This document shows, piece after piece, positions 1 through 10,525 of a DNA stretch of 64,000 nt (its first letter is position 1; every line of letters starts with the position of its first letter). The notes beneath the pieces were generated by a model. It did not search any database and was not told where the DNA came from. It saw only the letters and a program-made list of their open reading frames with translations. The stretch lies in NCBI RefSeq assembly GCF_963921235.1, contig NC_086097.1, forward strand, positions 47,742,001 to 47,806,000. The letters are read 5' to 3'. The translations under genes were made by a program, and so were the position numbers. The stretch comes from Mobula hypostoma (Eukaryota).

Positions 1-102
1 AAGCAATGGGCTAACTTGAAACCAAACAGAGTTAAACTTAAAATCACGTCCTCAATCCCGACCTCCATTAAAACAGTGAAAAAAAAACAAGAAGGGTAAA
101 TA

Positions 103-2194
103 TTACATTAAATGAAAATATCGAATAAAAGGTCCCCAAATCTGTTCAAATTTAAATGAAGAGTCATGAAGGTTACTTCTAATTTTCTCCAGATTCAAAC
201 ATAAAATCGTCTGAGAAAACCAAAAAAAGGTAGTTGGAGCATTAAGCTCTTTCCAATGTTGTAAAATACATCTTTTCGCCATTAAAGTAAGAAATGCAAT
301 CATTCTACGGGCTGAAGGGGAAAGATTACTAGAAATTTTAGGTAGTCCAAAGATAGCAGTAATAGGGTGAGGAGAGATATCTATATTTAATACCTTAGAA
401 ATAATATTGAAAATATCTCTCCAAAAAGTTTCCAAAGTAGGGCAAGACCAAAACATATGAGTTAAAGAGGCTATCTGCCCCGAACATCTATCACAGAAAG
501 GATTAATATGCGAGTAAAAACGCGCTAACTTATCTTTGGACATATGTGCTCTATGCACCACTTTAAATTGAATTAGGGAATGTTTAGCACAAATAGAAGA
601 AGTATTAACTAATTGTAAAATCTGCCCCCAATCATCCACAGAAATGGTAAGCCCCAATTCCTGTTCCCAATCTACCCTAATCTTATCAAATGGAGCTTTC
701 CTGAGTTTCATAATAATATTATAAATCATAGCCGATGCACCTTTCTGACATGGATTAAGGTTAATTATCGAATCTAAAATATATATAGGAGGAAGCATTG
801 GAAAAGAAGGAAGTATAGTACTTAGAAAATTTCTAACTTGTAAATATCTAAAAAAATGTATTCTTGATAGGTTATATTTATTAGATAATTGTTCAAAAGA
901 CATAAGGGAACCATCTAAAAATAAATCCAAAAACCGTAAAATACCCTTAGTCTTCCAAGTTTGAAAAGCGCGATCCGTAAAAGAGGGAGGAAAAAATATG
1001 TTACCTAAAATAGGAATCGCTAACCCGAATTGATTAAGATCAAAAAATTTTCTGAATTGAAACCAAATACGCAAAGCATATTTAACGATCGGGTTAGAAA
1101 CCTGCTTAAGGCGTTTCGAATCAAAAGGAAGAGATGAACCTAAAATAGAACCAAGTGTATAACCCTGAACAGATTGTAATTCCAATGCTACCCATTTAGG
1201 AATAGATAGTATATCCCGGTCAAGTAACCAAAATTTCATATGTCGAATATTAATAGCCCAATAATAAAATCTAAAGTTAGGTAATGCTAAACCTCCATCT
1301 CTCTTAGCTTTCTGTAAATGTATTTTACCCAGTCTCGGATTCTTATTCTGCCAAATAAATGAAGAAATTTTAGAGTCGACTTTATCAAAAAAAGATTTAG
1401 GAACGAAAATTGGTAATGCCTGAAACACATATAAAAATTTTGGCAAAAAAAACATCTTAACTGCATTAATACGACCAATCAAAGTTAAATATAAAGGAAA
1501 CCATTTAGATGAAAGTTGAGTAATATGGTCTATTAATGGTAAAAAGTTAGTCTTAAATAAATCTTTATGTTTACAAGTAATTTTAATCCCAAGATATGAA
1601 AGGTAATTATTAATCAATTTAAATGGAAATTTATAATATAAGGGAAGATGTTTATTAATCGGAAAAAGTTCACTCTTACTAAGATTTAATTTATAACCTG
1701 AGAAAAGACCAAATTGTGCTAATAACTCTAAAACAGCAGGAATAGATCTCTCAGGATTAGAAATATATAAAAGTAAATCATCAGCATAGAGTGATAATTT
1801 ATGGGACTTTAATCCCCGAGTTATCCCAGTAATATTTGAAGATTCTCGAATAGCAATTGCAAGAGGTTCTAATGCAATATCAAATAATAGGGGACTAAGA
1901 GGACAGCCTTGTCGAGTACCACGAAAGAGAGGGAAAAAAGGTGAGTTTAAAGAGTTAGTACGAACCGAGGCTACAGGGGAGTGATATAACAGTTTAATCC
2001 AGGATATAAATTTCAGGCTAAAATTAAACATTTCAAGCACCTTAAATAAATAAGGCCATTCTACTCTATCAAAAGCTTTCTCGGCATCTAAAGAAATAAC
2101 ACACTCAGGAACATTTTGTGAGGGAGTATAAACGATATTTAACAATGTACGAATATTATAAAAAGAGTAACGACCTTTAATAAAACCCGTTTGG
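103..2194 (-). CDS. Host L1 ORF2p, C-terminal part (interrupted by nested L1)
   Basis: Open frame QTGFIKGRYS...RYFHLM, about 6 aa different from the same part of ORF 3970-7746. Confidence 0.9.
2179..2194 (+). repeat. Left target-site duplication AATAAAACCCGTTTGG
   Basis: Identical 16-mer at 8102-8117; site context TTT/AATAAAA resembles the L1 endonuclease consensus TT/AAAA. Confidence 0.95.
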
Positions 2195-2351
2195 AGGAGA
2201 CTTCCGGTAGCGCTCATGGAGTGAAGTCGCGTTCTTGACTCGCTCCATTACCTCTGAGTTTTTTCTCTCTATGGTCAGCTATACTTTAATTAACTATTAA
2301 GGCATCAATTTTTACAATACTTTGAATTAAACTGAATTCTCTGACAATTGG

Positions 2352-3251
2352 ATGGAACTTAGATCTGCTATGTCTAAGAACGGGAAAGACGGCAAGGATG
2401 GTAAACCTCCGGTTAAACCGAAAGCTACGGATCTCCCTCCGACTGAATCACCGGTGACTTTGGAAGCTATATCGGAGTTAATTCAGAGGGAAATTTCAAC
2501 CTCTGTTAGGGAGATGATTCGTACAGAAATTATGGGCTTTGTTAAAGACCTGATTCATATGGAAATCTCAACTAAGTTCCAGAAAATTGCCGATTTAATT
2601 GATAAGATGCAAACATGTATTGCGGAACATCAGTCGGCTATATCTGGTCTTCAAAAATCCGCGCAACAAAGTGAGCTTAAGATGGGGAAAGTCGAAGAAA
2701 CAATTAATGTAATGAAGAAGAAACTTGACTTTTTGACTTTTAAAAACTCTGACTTGGAATCTAGAATGCGACGGCAGAATTTACGAATGATTGGCGTCAG
2801 GGAAGCCGTGGAAGCTAACAACCCTATGAAATATTTCTCTCAACTTTTAAAAGATGCATTCCCTACTGTATTTCCTGACCAACCACCGCTACTGGATCGT
2901 GTTCACAGAATCCCATCATACTCGTCTAGGTCAGATAGACCTAGGCATGTTATCTTACGTTTTCATTACTTTCAAGATAAGGAGAGACTGTTTCGATTCG
3001 CTCGATCTAAAGGTTTCATTGATTTTTCGGATCTTAAGTTCCGATTCGTGGAAGATTTCAGTAAACCAATCTGGGACCAACGGGTCCGTTACAGATCCGT
3101 GATGTCGGAATTCTATAAGATGGATTTAAGACCAGCGCTGCTGTACCCTGCACGTCTAAGGATTCGCATGTTAGATGGAGCTCTTCGTTTTTTTGATTCT
3201 CCATCGGATGCCCAGAGTTATCTGGATCAACTTTCATCTTCAACATCTTAA
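2352..3251 (+). CDS. L1 ORF1p (coiled coil, RRM, CTD; Transposase_22-like)
   Basis: 299 aa; motifs DLESRMRRQNLRMIGVRE, DRVHRI, PRHVILRF, LLYPARLRI typical of vertebrate L1 ORF1p. Confidence 0.95.
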   Translation: MELRSAMSKNGKDGKDGKPPVKPKATDLPPTESPVTLEAISELIQREISTSVREMIRTEIMGFVKDLIHMEISTKFQKIADLIDKMQTCIAEHQSAISGLQKSAQQSELKMGKVEETINVMKKKLDFLTFKNSDLESRMRRQNLRMIGVREAVEANNPMKYFSQLLKDAFPTVFPDQPPLLDRVHRIPSYSSRSDRPRHVILRFHYFQDKERLFRFARSKGFIDFSDLKFRFVEDFSKPIWDQRVRYRSVMSEFYKMDLRPALLYPARLRIRMLDGALRFFDSPSDAQSYLDQLSSSTS

Positions 3252-3969
3252 TTGCCTTTTTTTAATTTTCTCCGTTGATCGGAGGCTGTGAATTGGTTGG
3301 TTTTAACTTTTCTGTGCCCTATTTGGGCAGAAAAGTTTACTTTCGATTTCTTAATATGGCTGCTAAACTTTCTTTTTAACTGCGTCATTTCTTTCTTTTC
3401 CCAGGGGATTCTGGGTGGTTACTTCCCTTTTGTCATCTTACGTATTTCCTGTGCGGCCTTAAATTTTGTAGTTTTTTTTAAATTTTATTCTGTTTTGCTT
3501 TTTATAATCATTTTATGTTAATAATCCTATTTTTTTTGTTGCTGTGTCTATTCATGAGTTTGAGGTTTATTGTGGTTTTTTTTAATATATACTTTCCGGC
3601 TTTTGTTCTGTTCTGTGTGTATTTTAATTGAGTTAACTTTTTTTTACTTATTTTTTACTGTTTTACAATTAGCTGATCCTTTTCATATTTATACCTTTTT
3701 TTTAGGGAGCGTATACCGGAAGTCATGGGGGTAGTTTTAGCGCTTGCTTCTTTCTGGCGGGTCTGCTTTAGATTTCGCCTTGGGGTCCTGGGGTGGGGGG
3801 CGGTGGGAGGGGCTTCACGTTTTAGTTTGTTTCTCTTTGGGCTATATACATTATTGAAGTATTGGTTACGTCCTTTTCCCCGGTATCTTTTGTATGTTCT
3901 GTTTCCTCTCCGGGTCTGTGGGTCGCGCCTATTGTCAATCCTCCTTGTTATGGGTTGACTTTAGGATTT

Positions 3970-6900
3970 ATGGAGTCTATTATTAATTTTGTCTCCTGGA
4001 ATACTAATGGTCTTAATCATCCTATTAAAAGGAAAAAAGTTTTTAAAGTGTTCCGGAGACTTAAAGCACAAATTTTATTTTTACAAGAGACCCATGTACG
4101 GAGGGGGGACAGACTACGTTTTTTCAAATTTTGGAAGGGACAACAATTTCATTCGAACTCCAATGCTAAGATTCGAGGCGTCTCTATCTTTATAGACTCC
4201 TCAGTTACTTTTATACAACAGGATATTATCTCTGATCCGAATGGTAGATTTTTATTGGTTAGTGGTTTATTATTTAATAAAAAAGTAGTTTTGGTTAATG
4301 TTTATGCTCCTAATATGGATTGTCCGGAATTTTATAAATCATTGTTTGATCAGTTTCCGAATTTGAACGAGTTTTCATTGATTTGGGGCGGAGATCTTAA
4401 TACCTGTTTATCTCCAGCTTTGGACCGTTCGGCTCCTTTACGGACTTTACCTAATAAATCTGCAAATTTGATTAATTTTTTCCTTTCTGATTCTGGGTCG
4501 ACGGACATTTGGCGTTTCCTGCATCCTCAGGAAAAAGATTTTTCCTTCTTTTCACATGTTCATCATTCCTATTCAAGAATTGATTATTTTTTCATTGATT
4601 CTCGTCTCATTTCTTCAGTGATTAAATGTGATTATGATTCTATAACCATTTCGGATCATGCTCCACTTAAGCTTTCTATTAAAATTATGGCCAATATACC
4701 AAACAATAGACAATGGCGTTTTAATTCGCTGTTGCTTCAGGACTCGGACTTTGTTAATTTTATGAATGAACAGATTGAGCTTTTTTTTACAATTAACCAT
4801 ACAGAAGATATTTCGGTTAACACTCTTTGGGACACTTTTAAAGCCTATATTCGGGGTCAGATTATTTCGTATTCCGTTGCTTTGAGGAAGAAACAGAAGC
4901 AGGAGGAGATGGTAATTGTGGACAAGATTAAAGAAATTGATAAGAAATATGTTATGGCTCCTTCTGAGGAGCTATACAAACAAAGAACTGAACTTCAAAT
5001 GGAACACAGTTTACTACTCTCGTCCTCGATTGTAAACCAATTAAAGAAAACAAGAAGTGATTTTTATGTTCACAGTGATAAAATTGGCAAGCTGCTGGCT
5101 AATCAATTGAAATCTAATTATGTTAAATCTCAAATCAATCAGATTTATAACCAAAATGATCGATTGATATTGGATCATGTGGGGATTAATCAAACCTTTT
5201 GTGATTTTTATTCTTCTTTATACCAATCAGAGTCTCCTCGAGATTCTAAATATATGAATGATTTTTTAGATAAGTTAGACTTCCCTCTGATTTCACAGGA
5301 TATGTCTTCTTTATTAGATACTTCCATTACAATGGATGAGATTAAGAATGTTATTTTTTCTATGAATCTGGGGAAAGCTCCTGGCCCTGATGGGTTTACC
5401 GTTGAATTTTATAAATGTTTTGCTTCTTTATTGATTCCTTGGCTCTATAAGGTTTTTGAGGCTTCTTTGAAACTTGGTAAACTTCCGGAATCTTTTAATA
5501 GAGCATCAATTTCTTTAATACTAAAGAAGGATAAAGACCCTGCTCAATGTGCATCTTATAGACCAATATCTTTATTAAATGTTGATTCTAAAGTTTTTTC
5601 TAAGTTATTAGCAAATAGACTAGAAAAAGTACTCCCTTCTATTATTTCGGAAGACCAAACGGGTTTTATTAAAGGTCGTTACTCTTTTTATAATATTCGT
5701 ACATTGTTAAATATCGTTTATACTCCCTCACAAAATGTTCCTGAGTGTGTTATTTCTTTAGATGCCGAGAAAGCTTTTGATAGAGTAGAATGGCCTTATT
5801 TATTTAAGGTGCTTGAAATGTTTAATTTTAGCTTGAAATTTATATCCTGGATTAAACTGTTATATTACTCCCCTGTAGCCTCGGTTCGTACTAACTCCTT
5901 AAACTCACCTTTTTTTCCTCTCTTTCGTGGTACTCGACAAGGCTGTCCTCTTAGTCCCCTATTATTTGATATTGCATTAGAACCTCTTGCAATTGCTATT
6001 CGAGAATCTTTAAATATTACTGGGATAACTCGGGGATTAAAGTCCCATAAATTATCACTCTATGCTGATGATTTACTTTTATATATTTCTAATCCTGAGA
6101 GATCCATTCCTGCTGTTTTAGAGTTATTAGCACAATTTGGTCTTTTCTCAGGTTATAAATTAAATCTTAGTAAGAGTGAACTTTTTCCGATTAATAAACA
6201 TCTTCCCTTATATTATAAATTTCCATTTAAATTGATTAATAATTACTTTTCATATCTTGGGATTAAAATTACTTGTAAACATAAAGATTTATTTAAGACT
6301 AACTTTTTACCATTAATAGACCATATTACTCAACTTTCATCTAAATGGTTTCCCTTATATTTAACTTTGATTGGTCGTATTAATGCAGTTAAGATGTTTT
6401 TTTTGCCAAAATTTTTATATGTGTTTCAGGCATTACCAATTTTCGTTCCTAAATCTTTTTTTGATAAAGTTGACTCTAAAATTTCTTCATTTATTTGGCA
6501 GAACAAGAATCCGAGACTGGGTAAAATACATTTACAGAAAGCTAAGAGAGATGGAGGTTTAGCATTACCTAACTTTAGATTTTATTATTGGGCTATTAAT
6601 ATTCGACATATGAAATTTTGGTTACTTGATCGGGACATACTATTTATTCCTAAATGGGTAGCATTGGAATTACAATCTGTTCAGGGTTATACACTTGGTT
6701 CTATTTTAGGTTCCTCTCTTCCTTTTGATTCGAAACGTCTTAAGCAGGTCTCTAACCCGATAGTTAAATATGCTTTGCGCATTTGGTTTCAATTCAGAAA
6801 ATTTTTTGATCTTAATCAATTTGGGTTAGCGATTCCTATTTTAGGTAACATATTTTTTCCTCCCTCTTTTACGGATCGCGCTTTTCAAACTTGGAAGACT

Positions 6901-7746
6901 AAGGGTATTTTACGGTTTTTGGATTTATTTTTAGATGGTTCCCTTATGTCTTTTGAACAATTATCTAACAAATATAACTTATCAAGAATACATTTTTTTA
7001 GATATTTACAAGTTAGAAATTTCCTAAGTACTATACTTACTTCCTTTCCAATGCTTCCTCCTATATATATTTTAGATTCGATAATTAACCTTAATCCATG
7101 TCAGAAAGGTGCATCGGCTATGATTTATAATATTATTATGAAACTTAGGAAAGCTCCATTTGATAAGATTAGGGTAGATTGGGAACAGGAATTGGGGCTT
7201 ACCATTTCTGTGGATGATTGGGGGCAGATTTTACAATTAGTTAATACTTCCTCTATTTGTGCTAAACATTCCCTAATTCAATTTAAAGTGGTTCATAGAG
7301 CACATATGTCCAAAGATAAGTTAGCGCGTTTTTACTCGCATATTAATCCTTTCTGTGATAGATGTTCGGGGCAGATAGCCTCTTTAACTCATATGTTTTG
7401 GTCTTGCCCTACTTTGGAAACTTTTTGGAGAGATATTTTCAATATTATTTCTAAGGTATTAAATATAGATATCTCTCCTCACCCTATTACTGCTATCTTT
7501 GGACTACCTAAAATTTCTAGTAATCTTTCCCCTTCAGCCCGTAGAATGATTGCATTTCTTACTTTAATGGCGAAAAGATGTATTTTACAACATTGGAAAG
7601 AGCTTAATGCTCCAACTACCTTTTTTTGGTTTTCTCAGACGATTTTATGTTTGAATCTGGAGAAAATTAGAAGTAACCTTTATGATTCTTCATTTAAATT
7701 TGAACAGATTTGGGGACCTTTTATTCGATATTTTCATTTAATGTAA
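3970..7746 (+). CDS. L1 ORF2p (endonuclease, reverse transcriptase, CCHC), 1258 aa from ATG 3970
   Basis: EN motifs SWNTNG, LQETH, GGDLN, SRIDY, SDH; RT motifs KAPGPDGF, YRPISLL, DAEKAFD, QGCPLSP, YADD; CDRC-X8-H-X4-C. Confidence 0.97.
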   Translation: MESIINFVSWNTNGLNHPIKRKKVFKVFRRLKAQILFLQETHVRRGDRLRFFKFWKGQQFHSNSNAKIRGVSIFIDSSVTFIQQDIISDPNGRFLLVSGLLFNKKVVLVNVYAPNMDCPEFYKSLFDQFPNLNEFSLIWGGDLNTCLSPALDRSAPLRTLPNKSANLINFFLSDSGSTDIWRFLHPQEKDFSFFSHVHHSYSRIDYFFIDSRLISSVIKCDYDSITISDHAPLKLSIKIMANIPNNRQWRFNSLLLQDSDFVNFMNEQIELFFTINHTEDISVNTLWDTFKAYIRGQIISYSVALRKKQKQEEMVIVDKIKEIDKKYVMAPSEELYKQRTELQMEHSLLLSSSIVNQLKKTRSDFYVHSDKIGKLLANQLKSNYVKSQINQIYNQNDRLILDHVGINQTFCDFYSSLYQSESPRDSKYMNDFLDKLDFPLISQDMSSLLDTSITMDEIKNVIFSMNLGKAPGPDGFTVEFYKCFASLLIPWLYKVFEASLKLGKLPESFNRASISLILKKDKDPAQCASYRPISLLNVDSKVFSKLLANRLEKVLPSIISEDQTGFIKGRYSFYNIRTLLNIVYTPSQNVPECVISLDAEKAFDRVEWPYLFKVLEMFNFSLKFISWIKLLYYSPVASVRTNSLNSPFFPLFRGTRQGCPLSPLLFDIALEPLAIAIRESLNITGITRGLKSHKLSLYADDLLLYISNPERSIPAVLELLAQFGLFSGYKLNLSKSELFPINKHLPLYYKFPFKLINNYFSYLGIKITCKHKDLFKTNFLPLIDHITQLSSKWFPLYLTLIGRINAVKMFFLPKFLYVFQALPIFVPKSFFDKVDSKISSFIWQNKNPRLGKIHLQKAKRDGGLALPNFRFYYWAINIRHMKFWLLDRDILFIPKWVALELQSVQGYTLGSILGSSLPFDSKRLKQVSNPIVKYALRIWFQFRKFFDLNQFGLAIPILGNIFFPPSFTDRAFQTWKTKGILRFLDLFLDGSLMSFEQLSNKYNLSRIHFFRYLQVRNFLSTILTSFPMLPPIYILDSIINLNPCQKGASAMIYNIIMKLRKAPFDKIRVDWEQELGLTISVDDWGQILQLVNTSSICAKHSLIQFKVVHRAHMSKDKLARFYSHINPFCDRCSGQIASLTHMFWSCPTLETFWRDIFNIISKVLNIDISPHPITAIFGLPKISSNLSPSARRMIAFLTLMAKRCILQHWKELNAPTTFFWFSQTILCLNLEKIRSNLYDSSFKFEQIWGPFIRYFHLM

Positions 7747-8078
7747 TATTTACCCTTCTTGTTTTCTCTTCACTGTTTTAATGGAGGTCGGGATTGAGGA
7801 CGTGATTTTAAGTTTAACTCTGTTTGGTTTCAAGTTAGCCCATTGCTTTGCTTTGCTTTTAGTTAGTTGCACGGTGGGTTTTTTTTTTGGGGTTTTTTTT
7901 TTCTTTTTTTCCATTGATATATATAAAATCTAGTATACTATTATGTTATCTTGGTTTCTTATGCTTAAATTACATTGTTTGTAGTATTTTCTTTTTGGTA
8001 TTGTTATCTTTTGGAATTTTATTATACTTTAACATTGTATTAATGTTTATATGGCTTACCTTTTTTGTATACTTACTC

Positions 8079-8101
8079 AATAAAAAGATTTAAAAAGAAA
8101 G
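8079..8101 (+). terminator. L1 polyadenylation signal and short AAAAAGAAAG tail
   Basis: AATAAA at 8079-8084 followed by AAGATTTAAAAAGAAAG and then the right TSD. Confidence 0.8.
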
Positions 8102-8117
8102 AATAAAACCCGTTTGG
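8102..8117 (+). repeat. Right target-site duplication AATAAAACCCGTTTGG
   Basis: Identical to 2179-2194. Confidence 0.95.
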
Positions 8118-9802
8118 TCTTCCGAAATAATAGAAGGAAGTACTTTTTCTAGTCTATTTGCTAATAACTTAGAAAAGACTTTAGAATCAACATTTAATAA
8201 AGATATTGGTCTATAAGATGCACATTGAGCAGGATCTTTATCCTTCTTTAGTATTAAAGAAATTGATGCTCTATTAAAAGATTCCGGAAGTTTACCAAGT
8301 TTCAAAGAAGTCTCAAAAACCTTATAGAGCCAGGGAATCAATAAAGAAGCAAAACATTTATAAAATTCAACGGTAAACCCATCAGGGCCAGGAGCTTTCC
8401 CCAGATTCATAGAAAAAATAACATTCTTAATCTCATCCATTGTAATGGAAGTATCTAATAAAGAAGACATATCCTGTGAAATCTGAGGAAAGTCTAACTT
8501 ATCTAGAAAATCATTCATATATTTAGAATCTCGAGGAGACTCTGATTGATATAAAGAAGAATAAAAATCACAAAAGGTATGATTAATCCCCACATGATCC
8601 AATATCAATCGATCATTTTGGTTATAAATCTGATTGATTTGAGATTTAACATAATTAGATTTCAATTGATTAGCCAGCAGCTTGCCAATTTTATCACTGT
8701 GAACATAAAAATCACTTCTTGTTTTCTTTAATTGGTTTACAATCGAGGACGAGAGTAGTAAACTGTGTTCCATTTGAAGTTCAGTTCTTTGTTTGTATAG
8801 CTCCTCAGAAGGAGCCATAACATATTTCTTATCAATTTCTTTAATCTTGTCCACAATTGCCATCTCCTCCTGCTTCTGTTTCTTCCTCAAAGCAACGGAA
8901 TACGAAATAATCTGACCCCGAATATAGGCTTTAAAAGTGTCCCAAAGAGTGTTAACCGAAATATCTTCTGTATGGTTAATTATAAAAAAAAGCTCAATCT
9001 GTTCATTCATAAAATTAACAAAGTCCGAGTCCTGAAGCAACAGCGAATTAAAACGCCATTGTCTATTGTTTGGTATATTGGCCATAATTTTAATAGAAAG
9101 CTTAAGTGGAGCATGATCCGAAATGGTTATAGAGTCATAATCACATTTAATCACTGAAGGAATGAGACGAGAATCAATAAAAAAATAATCAATTCTTGAA
9201 TAGGAATGATGAACATGTGAAAAAAAGGAAAAATCTTTTTCCTGAGGATGCAGAAAACGCCAAATATCCGTCGACCCAGAATCAGAAAGGAAAAAATTAA
9301 TCAAATTTGCAGATTTATTAGGTAAAGTCCGTAAAGGAGCTGAACGGTCCAAAGCTGGAGATAAACAGGTATTAAGATCTCCGCCCCAAATCAATGAAAA
9401 CTCGTTCAAATTCGGAAACTGATCAAACAATGATTTATAAAATTCCGGACAATCCATATTAGGAGCATAAACATTAACCAAAACTACTTTTTTATTAAAT
9501 AGTAAACCACTAACCAATAAAAATCTACCATTCGGATCAGAGATAATATCCTGTTGTATAAAAGTAACTGAGGAATCTATAAAAATAGAGACGCCTCGAA
9601 TCTTAGCATTGGAGTTCGAATGAAATTGTTGTCCCTTCCAGAATTTGAAAAAACGTAGTCTGTCCCCCCTCCGTACATGGGTCTCTTGTAAAAATAAAAT
9701 TTGTGCTTTAAGTCTCCGGAACACTTTAAAAACTTTTTTTCTTTTAATAGGATGATTAAGACCATTAGTATTCCAGGAGACAAAATTAATAATAGACTCC
9801 AT
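8102..9802 (-). CDS. Host L1 ORF2p, N-terminal part (EN domain to SEDQTGFI), interrupted
   Basis: ATG at 9802 (MESIINF); open up to the TSD; joins in frame with 103-2194 once the insert and one TSD copy are removed. Confidence 0.9.
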
Positions 9803-10525
9803 AAATCCTAAAGTCAACCCACAACAGGGAGGATTGACAATAGGCGCGACCCACAAACCCGGAGAGGGAACAGAACATACAAAAGATACCGGGGAAAAGG
9901 ACGCAACCAGTACTTCAATAATGTATATAGCCCAAAGAAAAACAAACTAAAACGTGAAGCCCCTCCCGCCACCCCCCAGCCCAAGACCCCAAGGCAAAAT
10001 CTAAAGCAGACCCGCCAGAAAGAAGCAAGCGCTAAAACTACCCCCATGACTTCCGGTATACGCTCCCTAAAAAAAAGGTATAAATATGAAAAGGATCAGC
10101 TAATTGTAAAACAGTAAAAAAATAAGTAAAAAAAAGTTAGCTCAATTAGAATACACACAGAACAGAACAAAAGCCGGAAAATATATATTTAAAAAAAACC
10201 ACAATATACCTCAAACTCATGAATAGACACAGCAACAAAAAAAAATAGGATTATTAACATAAAGTGATTATAAAAAGCAAAACAGAATAAAATTTAAACA
10301 AAAACTACAAAATTTAAGGCCGCACAGGAAATACGTAAGATGACAAAAGGGAAGTAACCACCCAGAATCCCCTGGGAAAAGAAAGAAATGACGCAGTTAA
10401 AAAGAAAGTTTAGTAGCCATATTAAGAAATCGAAAGTAAACTTTTCTGCCCAAATAGGGCACAGAAAAGTTAAAACCAACCAATTCACAGCCTCCGATCG
10501 ACGGAGAAAATTAAAAAGAAAGCAA

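Larger units (their letters stand above)
1..2194 (-). mobile_element. Host L1 LINE, 3' half (most of RT, C-terminal zinc knuckle, part of 3' UTR); 3' end runs off the window
   Basis: Near-identical reverse complement of 5655-7848; ORF 103-2217 has QGCPLSP, YADD and CX2CX8HX4C; ends at left TSD copy 2179-2194. Confidence 0.97.
2195..8101 (+). mobile_element. Full-length, ORF-intact L1-clade LINE (about 5.9 kb)
   Basis: 5' UTR starting GGAGACTTCCGG, ORF1, about 720-bp inter-ORF spacer, ORF2 with APE endonuclease, RT and zinc knuckle, AATAAA at 8079, short A-rich tail, 16-bp TSD. Confidence 0.98.

Noticed and set aside
3862..3969. 36-aa N-terminal extension of ORF2 in the ORF track
   Set aside because: Starts at a non-ATG codon and is a different length in the host copy; ATG 3970 directly precedes the EN domain
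1..8101. Twin-priming 5' inversion of a single L1 insertion
   Set aside because: The inner element is full length and the inverted parts duplicate it entirely; twin priming gives essentially non-overlapping segments
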